Assembly (NCBI GenBank): GCA_024277895.1
Contig: JAJRUH010000125.1
Location: forward strand, 1,325-65,324
Length of the DNA: 64,000 nt
From: Bacteroidota bacterium
Lineage (GTDB): Bacteria; Bacteroidota; Bacteroidia; Bacteroidales; JAADGE01
Reading direction: 5' to 3'
Below, in pieces: positions 1 to 8,734 of the stretch. The first letter of the stretch is position 1. Each line of letters starts with the position of its first letter. The notes below the pieces were generated by a model. It searched no databases, was not told the DNA's origin, and worked only from the letters and a program-made list of their open reading frames with translations. The position numbers and the translations under genes are program-made.

Positions 1-825
1 ATCCGTTGCATAAAATAAAAACGGGAATACGGCAGAATAAAAAAGAACACACAGAATAGCAATATACCAAAATCCTCTGTTTCCGATAATTAACATAATA
101 TCTTTAATCTTAAATTCATCTTCACTTGATTTTTCTTTCGTTACTGTCTCTTCCGATTTATCCAGTTTTATATCCAATATTGAGAAAAGAATAAATGAAA
201 CAACGCCGAGAATCATTACAATCATAGCAAATAAAATAGGTGCCGTAACCGTAAAGTTTTTAGCTAAAGGTATTGAAATTACTAATGCCAAAGCCGTTCC
301 TAAACGGGCAATTGACATTTGCATTCCCATTGCAAGTGCCATTTCTTTCCCTTTAAACCATCTTACAACAGCTTTTGAAATTGTAATTCCTATAGCTTCC
401 GTTCCGACTCCGAAAACAGCAAATCCCAAAGACGAAAGAAAAACTTGTGTTTTCATAGCACCGAGAAGAGGAATATGAACTACTGCTCCTTCAGCAAATT
501 GATGTTTAACAGCCCAATAATTTAATGCTGTTCCGAGAAACATAATGATTGTTGCCCCTATACCGGTTTTTCTTATTCCTAATTTATCAAGAATAAATCC
601 GCTTATAATAAGCATAAATAAAAAGACATTAAACCAAGCATATGCAGAAGTATAGGTTCCGAAATCTTCGCTGTTCCACCCCAAAATACTTTCGAGCATC
701 GGTTTAATTGAAGACAATGCATAATTAAAATAATAAGCACCGAAAATTGACAAAGAAGCCAAAATTAATGCAGTCCAACGTGCACCTTTGGACTCTCGCA
801 GAGAATGTTTAATTTTATCAACCAT
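1..825 (-). CDS. MFS-family transporter, N-terminal portion (gene runs off the left edge)
   Basis: Minus-strand frame opens at ATG 825-823 and has no stop before position 1, so it is absent from the ORF track. Hand translation MVDKIKHSLRESKGARWTALILASLSIFGAYYFNYALSSIKPMLE... shows repeated hydrophobic helices and a charged central loop typical of MFS permeases. Confidence 0.6.
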   Translation of the reverse strand, partial: MVDKIKHSLRESKGARWTALILASLSIFGAYYFNYALSSIKPMLESILGWNSEDFGTYTSAYAWFNVFLFMLIISGFILDKLGIRKTGIGATIIMFLGTALNYWAVKHQFAEGAVVHIPLLGAMKTQVFLSSLGFAVFGVGTEAIGITISKAVVRWFKGKEMALAMGMQMSIARLGTALALVISIPLAKNFTVTAPILFAMIVMILGVVSFILFSILDIKLDKSEETVTKEKSSEDEFKIKDIMLIIGNRGFWYIAILCVLFYSAVFPFLFYATD

Positions 826-941
826 TATTTTATGATTTTAGTAATTATTTAAAAATAAAAAACAAATAACGTAAAATCATGTCGATTTTTAAAATTTATT
901 TTAAAATCAAAATTTCTGAACACAAAAAATAAAAAACATTT

Positions 942-949
942 TAACTTTG
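942..949 (+). promoter_or_regulatory. Bacteroidota-type -7 promoter box TAACTTTG upstream of dut
   Basis: Exact match to the TAnnTTTG -7 consensus described for Bacteroides promoters, 57 nt upstream of the dut ATG. Confidence 0.3.
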
Positions 950-1005
950 TATCACTTATTTTTATCATATATCTTCAACTTTATAAACTATTAACGAAAT
1001 TAAGT

Positions 1006-1437
1006 ATGAACATAAAAATCGTTAACAAATCAAAACATCAACTTCCGGCATACGAAACCGAATTATCAGCAGGAATGGATTTACGTGCAAATACAGATAA
1101 ACCCGTTACGCTCAAACCCTTAGAAAGAACACTGATAAAAACCGGATTATTTATTGAACTCCCGGAAGGATACGAAGCACAAATCCGCCCAAGAAGCGGG
1201 CTGGCATATAAACACGGAATTTCCGTTTTGAACACACCCGGAACAATTGATGCCGATTACAGAGGTGAAATAGGTGTTATATTAGTAAACCTTTCTAACG
1301 AAGAATTTACTATAAATGACGGTGAACGTATTTGCCAAATGATTATTGCAAAACACGAAAAAGCAGAACTTATCGAAGTTGACATTTTAAATGAAACAAA
1401 AAGAGGTGCCGGAGGCTTCGGTCATACCGGAAAATAA
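1006..1437 (+). CDS. dut: dUTP diphosphatase
   Basis: 143 aa with dUTPase motifs [26 protein letters not shown] and [11 protein letters not shown]. Confidence 0.9.
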   Translation: MNIKIVNKSKHQLPAYETELSAGMDLRANTDKPVTLKPLERTLIKTGLFIELPEGYEAQIRPRSGLAYKHGISVLNTPGTIDADYRGEIGVILVNLSNEEFTINDGERICQMIIAKHEKAELIEVDILNETKRGAGGFGHTGK

Positions 1438-1471
1438 ACTCATAACTTTTAACTTTCAACTTTCAACTAAA

Positions 1472-2047
1472 ATGAAACTCGTATTCGCAACAAACAATAA
1501 ACATAAACTTAAAGAAGTCAAAGAAATTCTTGATAATCAATTCGAAATTCTGAGTTTAAAAGACATCAATTGCTTTGAAGAAATTCCTGAAACTCAAAAC
1601 ACAATTACCGGAAATGCTTCACAAAAAGCTCATTATGTTTACGACAAATATAAAATTAATTGTTTTGCCGATGATACAGGATTGGAAATTGAAACCCTTA
1701 ACGGCGAACCGGGAGTCTATTCCGCACGCTATGCCGGAAAAAACTGTTCTTACGAAGATAATGTCCGAAAGGTTCTGAAAAAACTGCAAGGAAAAACAAA
1801 CAGAAATGCACTTTTCAGAACAGTAATATCTCTTATAATTGACGGAAAAGAACATAAATTTGAAGGTATAATAAAAGGGGAAATCACAAAAACTAAAAAA
1901 GGTTCCGAAGGTTTCGGTTATGACCCCATATTTTTGCCCGCCGGCTACGAAAAATCTTTTGCCGAACTTCCGGCAAACGAAAAAAACAGAATAAGCCACC
2001 GCGGACTTGCAACTCAAAAACTCATTAATTTCTTAAAAACATTGTAA
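1472..2047 (+). CDS. rdgB: Non-canonical purine NTP pyrophosphatase (RdgB/HAM1 family)
   Basis: ORF 1391..2047 trimmed to ATG 1472 ([16 protein letters not shown]...). Motifs [24 protein letters not shown] and GFGYDPIF. The longer 5' extension would overlap dut. Confidence 0.85.
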   Translation: MKLVFATNNKHKLKEVKEILDNQFEILSLKDINCFEEIPETQNTITGNASQKAHYVYDKYKINCFADDTGLEIETLNGEPGVYSARYAGKNCSYEDNVRKVLKKLQGKTNRNALFRTVISLIIDGKEHKFEGIIKGEITKTKKGSEGFGYDPIFLPAGYEKSFAELPANEKNRISHRGLATQKLINFLKTL

Positions 2048-2101
2048 GCAATTTTGTTTCATTTTCACCGTTAAAACTCAATAACAAAAATCATATTTTT
2101 T

Positions 2102-4405
2102 ATGTTGAAAAAGTTTCTTATAATTTCATTAATTGCAATTACTTCAAACAGTTACTCCCAAATTCCCGTAGGTAAATGGCGAGACCATTTTTCGTATAGA
2201 AAAGTAATTTGCCTTGCCGATGCCGGAAATATTATATACGCAGCCGGAGAAAATGCTGTTTTCTCTTATGATAAAACAGAAGGAACAATCAAAAAGTTGA
2301 ATAAAATAAACGGGTATTCCGATTCTGAAATTCAAACAATTGCATACAATAAAACAAATAACGTTTTAATAATTGCCTACAAAAATTCAAATATCGATAT
2401 TTTAAAAAATAATATAATCTATAATCTTTCCGAAATAAAAAGAAAACTATTAAGTACCGATAAAACAATTTACAACATAACTTTCTCAGGCAATGATGCT
2501 TACCTCTCATGCGGCTTCGGAATTGTTGTTATTGATACCGAAAAACTTGAATTTAAAGACACTTATTTTATCGGAAATGATGCTTCATATATAAAAGTAA
2601 ACAGTATCACTTTTGATACTGATTATATTTATGCCGCAACTGACAAAGGACTTTTTTATGCCGATTTTAAAAACTCCGACCTTGCCGATTACAGAAACTG
2701 GAATTTAGTCCCTGATATTCCTAATAATAATCTCAAATTTAATTTCACAAAAACTTTTAACGGATATTTATTTGCAAATCAAATAAATACTTCTGACGAA
2801 AATGATACATTATATTACAGAAAAAATAATATCTGGAAATTATTCGGCAATAATATCAATAACTTACAATCAATCAGTATATCAGATAACAAAATAATTT
2901 TCTCCGAAAAAAACAGCCTTAAAATTTTTGACGCAAATATGAATAACATAAAAGAACTGAATGAATATAATTTAGGAACTGTTTCGGAAATACCCGTAAT
3001 AAATTTCACGATATTTGACAACGATAAACTTTACATCGCCGACAGTAATAAAGGTCTTGTTTCGGTAATCAACAATCAAATTAACTACATATACCCTAAC
3101 GGACCGTATAATAATTTTACGGCAAAAGCATATTTTTCAAAAAACAAACTAATTACCACAGACGGAAATAATCACGCAAAAGCCTGGCATCGTCCGACAT
3201 ATAATATTTTTGAAAACCAAGAATGGAAATCATACCATATTTATGTTGACACAGCCCGAAATTTCTACTCAATAGCAGTGAACCCGAAAAACGAAAATAA
3301 TTATTTCTTCGGTTCGTGGGGATACGGTGTATTTGAATTTAACGATAATAAATGGACAACTTCATATAACAATCTCAACAGCACATTACAGCCCGTAACC
3401 GGCTATCCCTACGGCTATATCAGAATTTACGGTTTAGCATTTGACAAAAACAATAACCTTTGGGCTACAAATCAAGGAACTGCAAACCCTATTTCTGTAA
3501 AAACCGAAAATAATCAATGGCAAAGTTTCAACATAAACGGACTTATTACTAACTTCAATTTAGAAGATATTTATGTTACCGACAATAATTTTAAATGGGC
3601 AGAACTCGGAAAAAGCCATGGTATTTTAGTTCTTGACGATAACGACACCCCTCTTAACAAAAATGACGACAGATATAAAATTATTAAACCTACAACAAGC
3701 GAAGGAGAACTTATATCTTCCGACGTAACCGCTTTTTCCGAAGATAAAGACGGAAATATTTGGATGGGAACCGGAGAAGGTGTCGTAATTTATTACAATG
3801 CCGATAATGCATTTGAAGATGATTTTTATGCCGACAGAATTCAATTAACATCCTACGGCAAAGACACAACCGAGCAGTATTTACTCCAAACTGCAGTTAT
3901 AACCGATATAGAAACCGACGGGGCAAACAGAAAATGGATTGCAACACAAAATTCAGGTGCTTTTTTAGTTTCCCAAAACGGGAAAAAACAAATTCTTCAT
4001 TTCGACAAATATAACAGCCCGCTTATTTCTAACACAATTAATGACATAGCAATAAATCCGCAATCCGGAGAAGTTTTTTTTCTTACCGACAAAGGAATAA
4101 TGTCTTACCGAAGCAATGCAACCGAAGCAGATGATTTTTTCGGAAATGTTTATGTTTTCCCTAACCCCGTTCGCCCCGGTTACGAAGGAAAAATTACCGT
4201 TACGGGCTTAGCTTCCGATGTAAACGTAAAATTTACCGACATATCCGGAAATGTTGTTTACGAAACTACGGCACTTGGCGGACAAGCTGTTTGGAACGGA
4301 AAAACTTTTGACGGAAGAAGGGTAAATACAGGAGTTTACCTCATCTTTTGCTCTAATGACGACGGAAGTGAAACCTTTGTTACAAAACTTTTATTCATAA
4401 ATTGA
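2102..4405 (+). CDS. Secreted double beta-propeller protein with T9SS C-terminal sorting domain (PorZ-like architecture)
   Basis: 767 aa with a signal peptide and many Reg_prop-like repeats. The C-terminal roughly 85 aa (VYVFPNPVRPGYEGKITVTGL...GVYLIFCSNDDGSETFVTKLLFIN) looks like a T9SS CTD. Size and domain order match what is known for PorZ, but the family assignment is from memory. Confidence 0.5.
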   Translation: MLKKFLIISLIAITSNSYSQIPVGKWRDHFSYRKVICLADAGNIIYAAGENAVFSYDKTEGTIKKLNKINGYSDSEIQTIAYNKTNNVLIIAYKNSNIDILKNNIIYNLSEIKRKLLSTDKTIYNITFSGNDAYLSCGFGIVVIDTEKLEFKDTYFIGNDASYIKVNSITFDTDYIYAATDKGLFYADFKNSDLADYRNWNLVPDIPNNNLKFNFTKTFNGYLFANQINTSDENDTLYYRKNNIWKLFGNNINNLQSISISDNKIIFSEKNSLKIFDANMNNIKELNEYNLGTVSEIPVINFTIFDNDKLYIADSNKGLVSVINNQINYIYPNGPYNNFTAKAYFSKNKLITTDGNNHAKAWHRPTYNIFENQEWKSYHIYVDTARNFYSIAVNPKNENNYFFGSWGYGVFEFNDNKWTTSYNNLNSTLQPVTGYPYGYIRIYGLAFDKNNNLWATNQGTANPISVKTENNQWQSFNINGLITNFNLEDIYVTDNNFKWAELGKSHGILVLDDNDTPLNKNDDRYKIIKPTTSEGELISSDVTAFSEDKDGNIWMGTGEGVVIYYNADNAFEDDFYADRIQLTSYGKDTTEQYLLQTAVITDIETDGANRKWIATQNSGAFLVSQNGKKQILHFDKYNSPLISNTINDIAINPQSGEVFFLTDKGIMSYRSNATEADDFFGNVYVFPNPVRPGYEGKITVTGLASDVNVKFTDISGNVVYETTALGGQAVWNGKTFDGRRVNTGVYLIFCSNDDGSETFVTKLLFIN

Positions 4406-4436
4406 AAAATAATTTTTGCAGTAAAAAACATTTCTC

Positions 4437-4444
4437 TAATTTTG
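4437..4444 (+). promoter_or_regulatory. -7 promoter box TAATTTTG for tRNA-Leu
   Basis: TAnnTTTG match 20 nt upstream of the mature tRNA 5' end. Confidence 0.4.
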
Positions 4445-4463
4445 CAAGCCCTGTCATTAATTT

Positions 4464-4547
4464 GCCTGAGTGGCGGAATTGGTAGACGCGTTGGTCTCAA
4501 ACACCAATGACAGCAATGTCGTGCCGGTTCGACCCCGGCCTCAGGTA
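4464..4547 (+). tRNA. tRNA-Leu (anticodon CAA)
   Basis: Cloverleaf folded by hand. Acceptor GCCTGAG/CTCAGGT, anticodon stem TTGGT/ACCAA with loop CTCAAAC, long variable arm, T arm GCCGG-TTCGACC-CCGGC, discriminator A. Confidence 0.9.
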
Positions 4548-4550
4548 CAA

Positions 4551-4587
4551 AGCACACTTATTAAAAAAAATTAAGTGTGCTTTTTTA
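4551..4587 (+). terminator. Rho-independent terminator after tRNA-Leu
   Basis: Perfect 10-bp stem AGCACACTTA / TAAGTGTGCT followed by a T run. Confidence 0.75.
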
Positions 4588-4629
4588 ATTCATTCATATA
4601 ATAATTTCGTTATTTTCAATTCGATTTTG

Positions 4630-4637
4630 TATATTTG
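4630..4637 (+). promoter_or_regulatory. -7 promoter box TATATTTG upstream of the hybrid kinase gene
   Basis: TAnnTTTG match 54 nt upstream of ATG 4691. Confidence 0.3.
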
Positions 4638-4690
4638 TAATAGTAAATTCTTAAATCTGAAAACTTTTTAATATTTGTGAGCATTCTTTT

Positions 4691-7159
4691 ATGAAACTTT
4701 TTATACGCAAATCTAAAAAAAATCTCATCGCAGAAATAGAAAAACTTACTATAAAAAACAGTGAGTTAAAACAACGCTTGCATACAAAGTTTTTCAGCCC
4801 GGTAAAAAATTTAAGTGCCGATGATTACGATTTAATTATTAATCAGGAAACTGACGCAGTTTTTAAAGGGAATGAAAAAGGCGAATTTATTTTAGTTAAT
4901 GATTATGCCTGCAGACTAACAGGTTATTCCGAGGATGAATTAATCGGAATGAACATTGTAAAGTTATTTACTTCTTCTGTAATTAATGAAAAACCACTCA
5001 GATTTGATTTAATACATTCGGGACAATCAATAAAAAATCAAAGACATATAACAAAAAAGAACGGCCATATTGCATTGGTTGAAATGACATCTAAAAAACT
5101 TTCCGACGGCAGTTTAATCTGTATTATGCAAGATATTTCTAAGGAGGCAAATCTTCAAATTGCTTTAAAACAGAATGAAGAAAGATTCAGAGAAATTTTC
5201 AATAATGCCGCTGACATTATGATTATTTACAAATTAAATAAAGGTCTGCCGACAGTTAGTGATTCTAATAATGCTGCTTTAAACGCTCTTAATTTTAAAA
5301 AAGAAGAACTAATCGGCAAAAAAATTTCTGAAATATTTACAGGTAAAACAAAAACAGATTATCACACATACTCAGATGAATTATTACAAGAAAAAAGAGT
5401 ATCTTTTAACTCGGAACTTGTCAGAAAAGACGGGACAACTTTTCCTGCTGAAATTTCGGCAAAAATCATTCAAATAGGAACTAACAAGTTTGTACATACA
5501 GTTTCAAGAGATATTACCGAACGCATTATTGCAGAAGAAAAAATAAAAAAAAGTGAAGAAAAATACCGTTTATTGTTTGAATTGTTACCCTACGGAGGTG
5601 AACTGATAAATACCAAAGGTATTATTACAGATACAAATCCGGGAACTGAAAAAATGTTGGGTTACAAGAAAGAAGAATTAATCGGGAAACATCTTACAGA
5701 ATTAATTCATCCGGATGAATTTGAGAAATATAAAGAAAAGTTTCCGGATCTGTTACTTGGCAATAAACAAACAGCCGAAGTAAAATTAGTTAAAAAAGAC
5801 GGCAGTTACGTTAATGTTATCAGAGCAGGTCAACCCATAAAAAATAACAAAGGCGAAGTTGAATTTATACTGACTTTAAGTTTGGATATTACCGACAGAA
5901 TAACAGCAGAAAAGCTTTTACTCGAAAAAAATCAGGAATTTGAAGCACAAAATGAAGAATATTTAACATTAAATGAAGAACTGAAAGAAACCGGACGAAA
6001 ATTACTCTCCTTAAATGAGGAACTTCTTATTGCTAAGGAAAAAGCCGAAGAAAGCAATCGTTTAAAATCTGCATTAATAGCTAATATGTCTCATGAAATC
6101 CGTACCCCGATGAACGGTATTTTAGGTTTTGCACAATTATTAAACATTCCGAATACTTCAAAAGAAAAAATACAAGAATATACAAATATTATTAACAGCA
6201 GCGGAAATCATCTTCTTAATATTATTAATGATATTATAGACATTTCAAAATTAGATGCCGGCGAATTCCACATTACAAAAGCACCTGTTGATATAAATAA
6301 TTTACTCAAAGAAGAACTTATATTTTTCCAATCCTATAAAACAAGAAAGCATCAACATCATATCAAGTTAAAATTAAATATCCCCGAACAAAAAAAGGAA
6401 CCCGTTATTTATACCGATGAAACCCGAATAAAACAAATCTTATCAAATTTAATTAACAATGCTCTGAAGTTCACAGAAAACGGATATGTTGAATTCGGTT
6501 ATACTATTGATAAAAATTTCATAAAATTTTTTGTTAAAGATACCGGAATCGGAATTCCGAAAAATAAACAAAATGATATTTTTGAAAGATTTAATCAGGC
6601 TGCAGTTAACACAGAAAAATTATACGGAGGAACAGGATTGGGACTTTCAATTTCAAAAGCCTGCACCCAATTACTCGGAGGAAATATTTGGTTAGAATCT
6701 GAAATAGATAAAGGTTCTGTTTTTTATTTTACAATTCCTTACAAAAAAGCTAAAGATTACAAACAAACACCGAGACCGGATAAAAAGATAAATCTTGCGG
6801 GAAAAAGAATTCTTATTGTTGAAGACGATCCTTTAAATTTTGCTTACCTTGCAGAAGTTCTTGACAAATACAAAATGGAACTGCATCATGTAAATACTGC
6901 ACTAAAAGCTGTTCAAATCGTAAAAGATATTAAATTTGATTTAATATTAATGGATATTCAACTCCCCGGCAAAGACGGAAATTATGCAACCCGAGAAATA
7001 AAAAAACTATTTCCGGATATGCCGATTATTGCACAATCTGCCTATGCTTTCGAAAATGAAAAACAAATAAGCAAAAAATCAGGTTGCGATGATTACATTA
7101 CAAAACCCATTAAAAAAGATGAGTTGATTAATGTTATAAAAAAACACATTAAAGAATAA
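4691..7159 (+). CDS. Hybrid sensor histidine kinase (multiple PAS, HisKA, HATPase, C-terminal receiver)
   Basis: 822 aa. PAS-like repeats and a coiled coil, H box SHEIRTPMNGILGF, ATPase boxes NLINNALKFT, DTGIGIP and GGTGLGLSISK, and receiver ILIVEDDP...DLILMDIQLPGKDG...ITKP. Confidence 0.85.
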   Translation: MKLFIRKSKKNLIAEIEKLTIKNSELKQRLHTKFFSPVKNLSADDYDLIINQETDAVFKGNEKGEFILVNDYACRLTGYSEDELIGMNIVKLFTSSVINEKPLRFDLIHSGQSIKNQRHITKKNGHIALVEMTSKKLSDGSLICIMQDISKEANLQIALKQNEERFREIFNNAADIMIIYKLNKGLPTVSDSNNAALNALNFKKEELIGKKISEIFTGKTKTDYHTYSDELLQEKRVSFNSELVRKDGTTFPAEISAKIIQIGTNKFVHTVSRDITERIIAEEKIKKSEEKYRLLFELLPYGGELINTKGIITDTNPGTEKMLGYKKEELIGKHLTELIHPDEFEKYKEKFPDLLLGNKQTAEVKLVKKDGSYVNVIRAGQPIKNNKGEVEFILTLSLDITDRITAEKLLLEKNQEFEAQNEEYLTLNEELKETGRKLLSLNEELLIAKEKAEESNRLKSALIANMSHEIRTPMNGILGFAQLLNIPNTSKEKIQEYTNIINSSGNHLLNIINDIIDISKLDAGEFHITKAPVDINNLLKEELIFFQSYKTRKHQHHIKLKLNIPEQKKEPVIYTDETRIKQILSNLINNALKFTENGYVEFGYTIDKNFIKFFVKDTGIGIPKNKQNDIFERFNQAAVNTEKLYGGTGLGLSISKACTQLLGGNIWLESEIDKGSVFYFTIPYKKAKDYKQTPRPDKKINLAGKRILIVEDDPLNFAYLAEVLDKYKMELHHVNTALKAVQIVKDIKFDLILMDIQLPGKDGNYATREIKKLFPDMPIIAQSAYAFENEKQISKKSGCDDYITKPIKKDELINVIKKHIKE

Positions 7160-7170
7160 AATATAAGAAA

Positions 7171-8511
7171 ATGTCATTTTCAAATAAACTCTTAAAAAGT
7201 TTAACAAATATTCTTCCCTCTCCTTTCAGCATTGCAATTATCTTAACATCAATCAGTTTTATTGCAGCATTTTTTTTAACTCCTGTCGGAAAAATATCCG
7301 AAACACCTGTTTTTGATATTCTCGGTTTTTGGGAAACAGGTTTTTGGGATTTGCTGAAATTCGGAATGCAAATGATGCTGATGCTGGTTCTCGGACATAC
7401 ATTGGCACTTACCAAACCCGTTGATAAATTAGTTCGCATATTCTCGCAAAGCGGAACAAACACGGCAAATGCCGCATTTACCGTAACATTTTTCACTATT
7501 ATCGTAAGTTTGTTTAATTGGGGTTTGGGTTTAATTTTCGGTGCGGTTTTGGCACGAAAAACAGGAGAATTTGCCGCCGAAAAAGGATATAAACTGAATT
7601 ATCCGCTTATAGGTGCAGCCGGTTATTCGGGACTTATGGTTTGGCACGGCGGATTATCGGGTTCGGCACCGCTTAAAGTTGCAGAAAAAGGGCATTTCTT
7701 ATCTGACAAAATAGGCGTTATTCCTCTGTCCGAAACTGTTTTCTCAAATATGAACATTACAATCAGCATAGCTTTAATAATTATCTTACCTGCAATAATG
7801 TTCTTAATCGGGAAAAATACTAAAACAAAAAAAGTAAAATTAAAACATAATATTAAATTTAAAAAAACCGAAAAAAAGAATTTAAAAGGTGCCGAAAAGT
7901 TAGATTATTCAAAAATATTTGCACTTTTTCTTTCAATTCCCATATTAACGGCAGGAATATATAAATCAATAAAAACCGGAAATTTAAGTGTCCTTAATCC
8001 AAATTATATCAACTTTATTTTATTGGGACTCGGAATTCTCCTTCACGGAACAATTTATTCTTTTATAAAAGCTGCGAATGAAGCAATTAAAGGGGCTTCC
8101 GGAATTTTATTACAATTTCCGCTTTATGCCGGAATTATGGGAATTATGAAATATTCAGGTTTAACTGATGTTTTAAGCGACTTTTTTGTTTCTGTTTCAA
8201 ACCAAAATACTTTTTCTGTTTTTACACTGATGAGCGGCGGTCTGGTAAATATTTTTGTCCCGAGCGGAGGCGGACAGTGGGCAGTGCAAGGTCCCGTAAT
8301 TACCGAAGCTGCAAAACAACTCGGAGTTCCGGTTTCTAAAACGGTAATGGCTCTTGCTTACGGCGATGAACTTACAAATATGCTGCAACCCTTTTGGGCA
8401 TTACCTCTTTTGGCAATTACCGGACTGAAAGCAAAACAAATTATTCCCTACACGTTAATATTGATGATTGCCGGATTTATTATTTTCACAATAGGACTTA
8501 TGGCATTCTAA
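7171..8511 (+). CDS. Short-chain fatty acid transporter (AtoE family)
   Basis: 446 aa polytopic membrane protein. Strings MQMMLMLVLGHTLA, ILLQFPLYAGIMGIM, NIFVPSGGGQWAVQGP and AYGDELTNMLQPFWALP parallel E. coli AtoE as I recall it. Confidence 0.75.
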   Translation: MSFSNKLLKSLTNILPSPFSIAIILTSISFIAAFFLTPVGKISETPVFDILGFWETGFWDLLKFGMQMMLMLVLGHTLALTKPVDKLVRIFSQSGTNTANAAFTVTFFTIIVSLFNWGLGLIFGAVLARKTGEFAAEKGYKLNYPLIGAAGYSGLMVWHGGLSGSAPLKVAEKGHFLSDKIGVIPLSETVFSNMNITISIALIIILPAIMFLIGKNTKTKKVKLKHNIKFKKTEKKNLKGAEKLDYSKIFALFLSIPILTAGIYKSIKTGNLSVLNPNYINFILLGLGILLHGTIYSFIKAANEAIKGASGILLQFPLYAGIMGIMKYSGLTDVLSDFFVSVSNQNTFSVFTLMSGGLVNIFVPSGGGQWAVQGPVITEAAKQLGVPVSKTVMALAYGDELTNMLQPFWALPLLAITGLKAKQIIPYTLILMIAGFIIFTIGLMAF

Positions 8512-8688
8512 AGATATACTAATCACCATATTCGTATTTAAAAACAAAAACTTTTTTATTCTTTTTCCCTTTCAAAATATATTGAATATCAATAATTACT
8601 TTTGAAACCATCGGCTCATATGACAAAAGCTCGTTTTCTTCAAGTTTACAATATATCCGGCATTTTTCATCAAGCCCTAAAATAAAAA

Positions 8689-8710
8689 AGCTGCATCTCA
8701 AAATGCAGCT
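8689..8710 (-). terminator. Rho-independent terminator of acnB
   Basis: Stem AGCTGCAT / ATGCAGCT with a 6-nt loop. The A run on the plus strand gives a T run after the hairpin on the minus strand. Confidence 0.6.
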
Positions 8711-8734
8711 CTTAATAATCAGTAATATTCTTAA

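Noticed and set aside
1443-1459. Exact 17-mer TAACTTTTAACTTTCAA in the dut-rdgB spacer. It recurs in the same sense orientation in the anmK / OmpA-family spacer (41608-41624, minus strand), with heptamer tandem structure.
   Set aside because: It is low-complexity AT-rich sequence made of tandem AACTTT(T/C) units that resemble -7 promoter boxes. A chance or promoter-related match is plausible, and two occurrences cannot establish a repeat family.
8519-8701. 60-aa minus-strand ORF between atoE and acnB.
   Set aside because: Its 5' end overlaps the acnB terminator hairpin, there is no recognisable motif, and the region is better explained as a convergent spacer.
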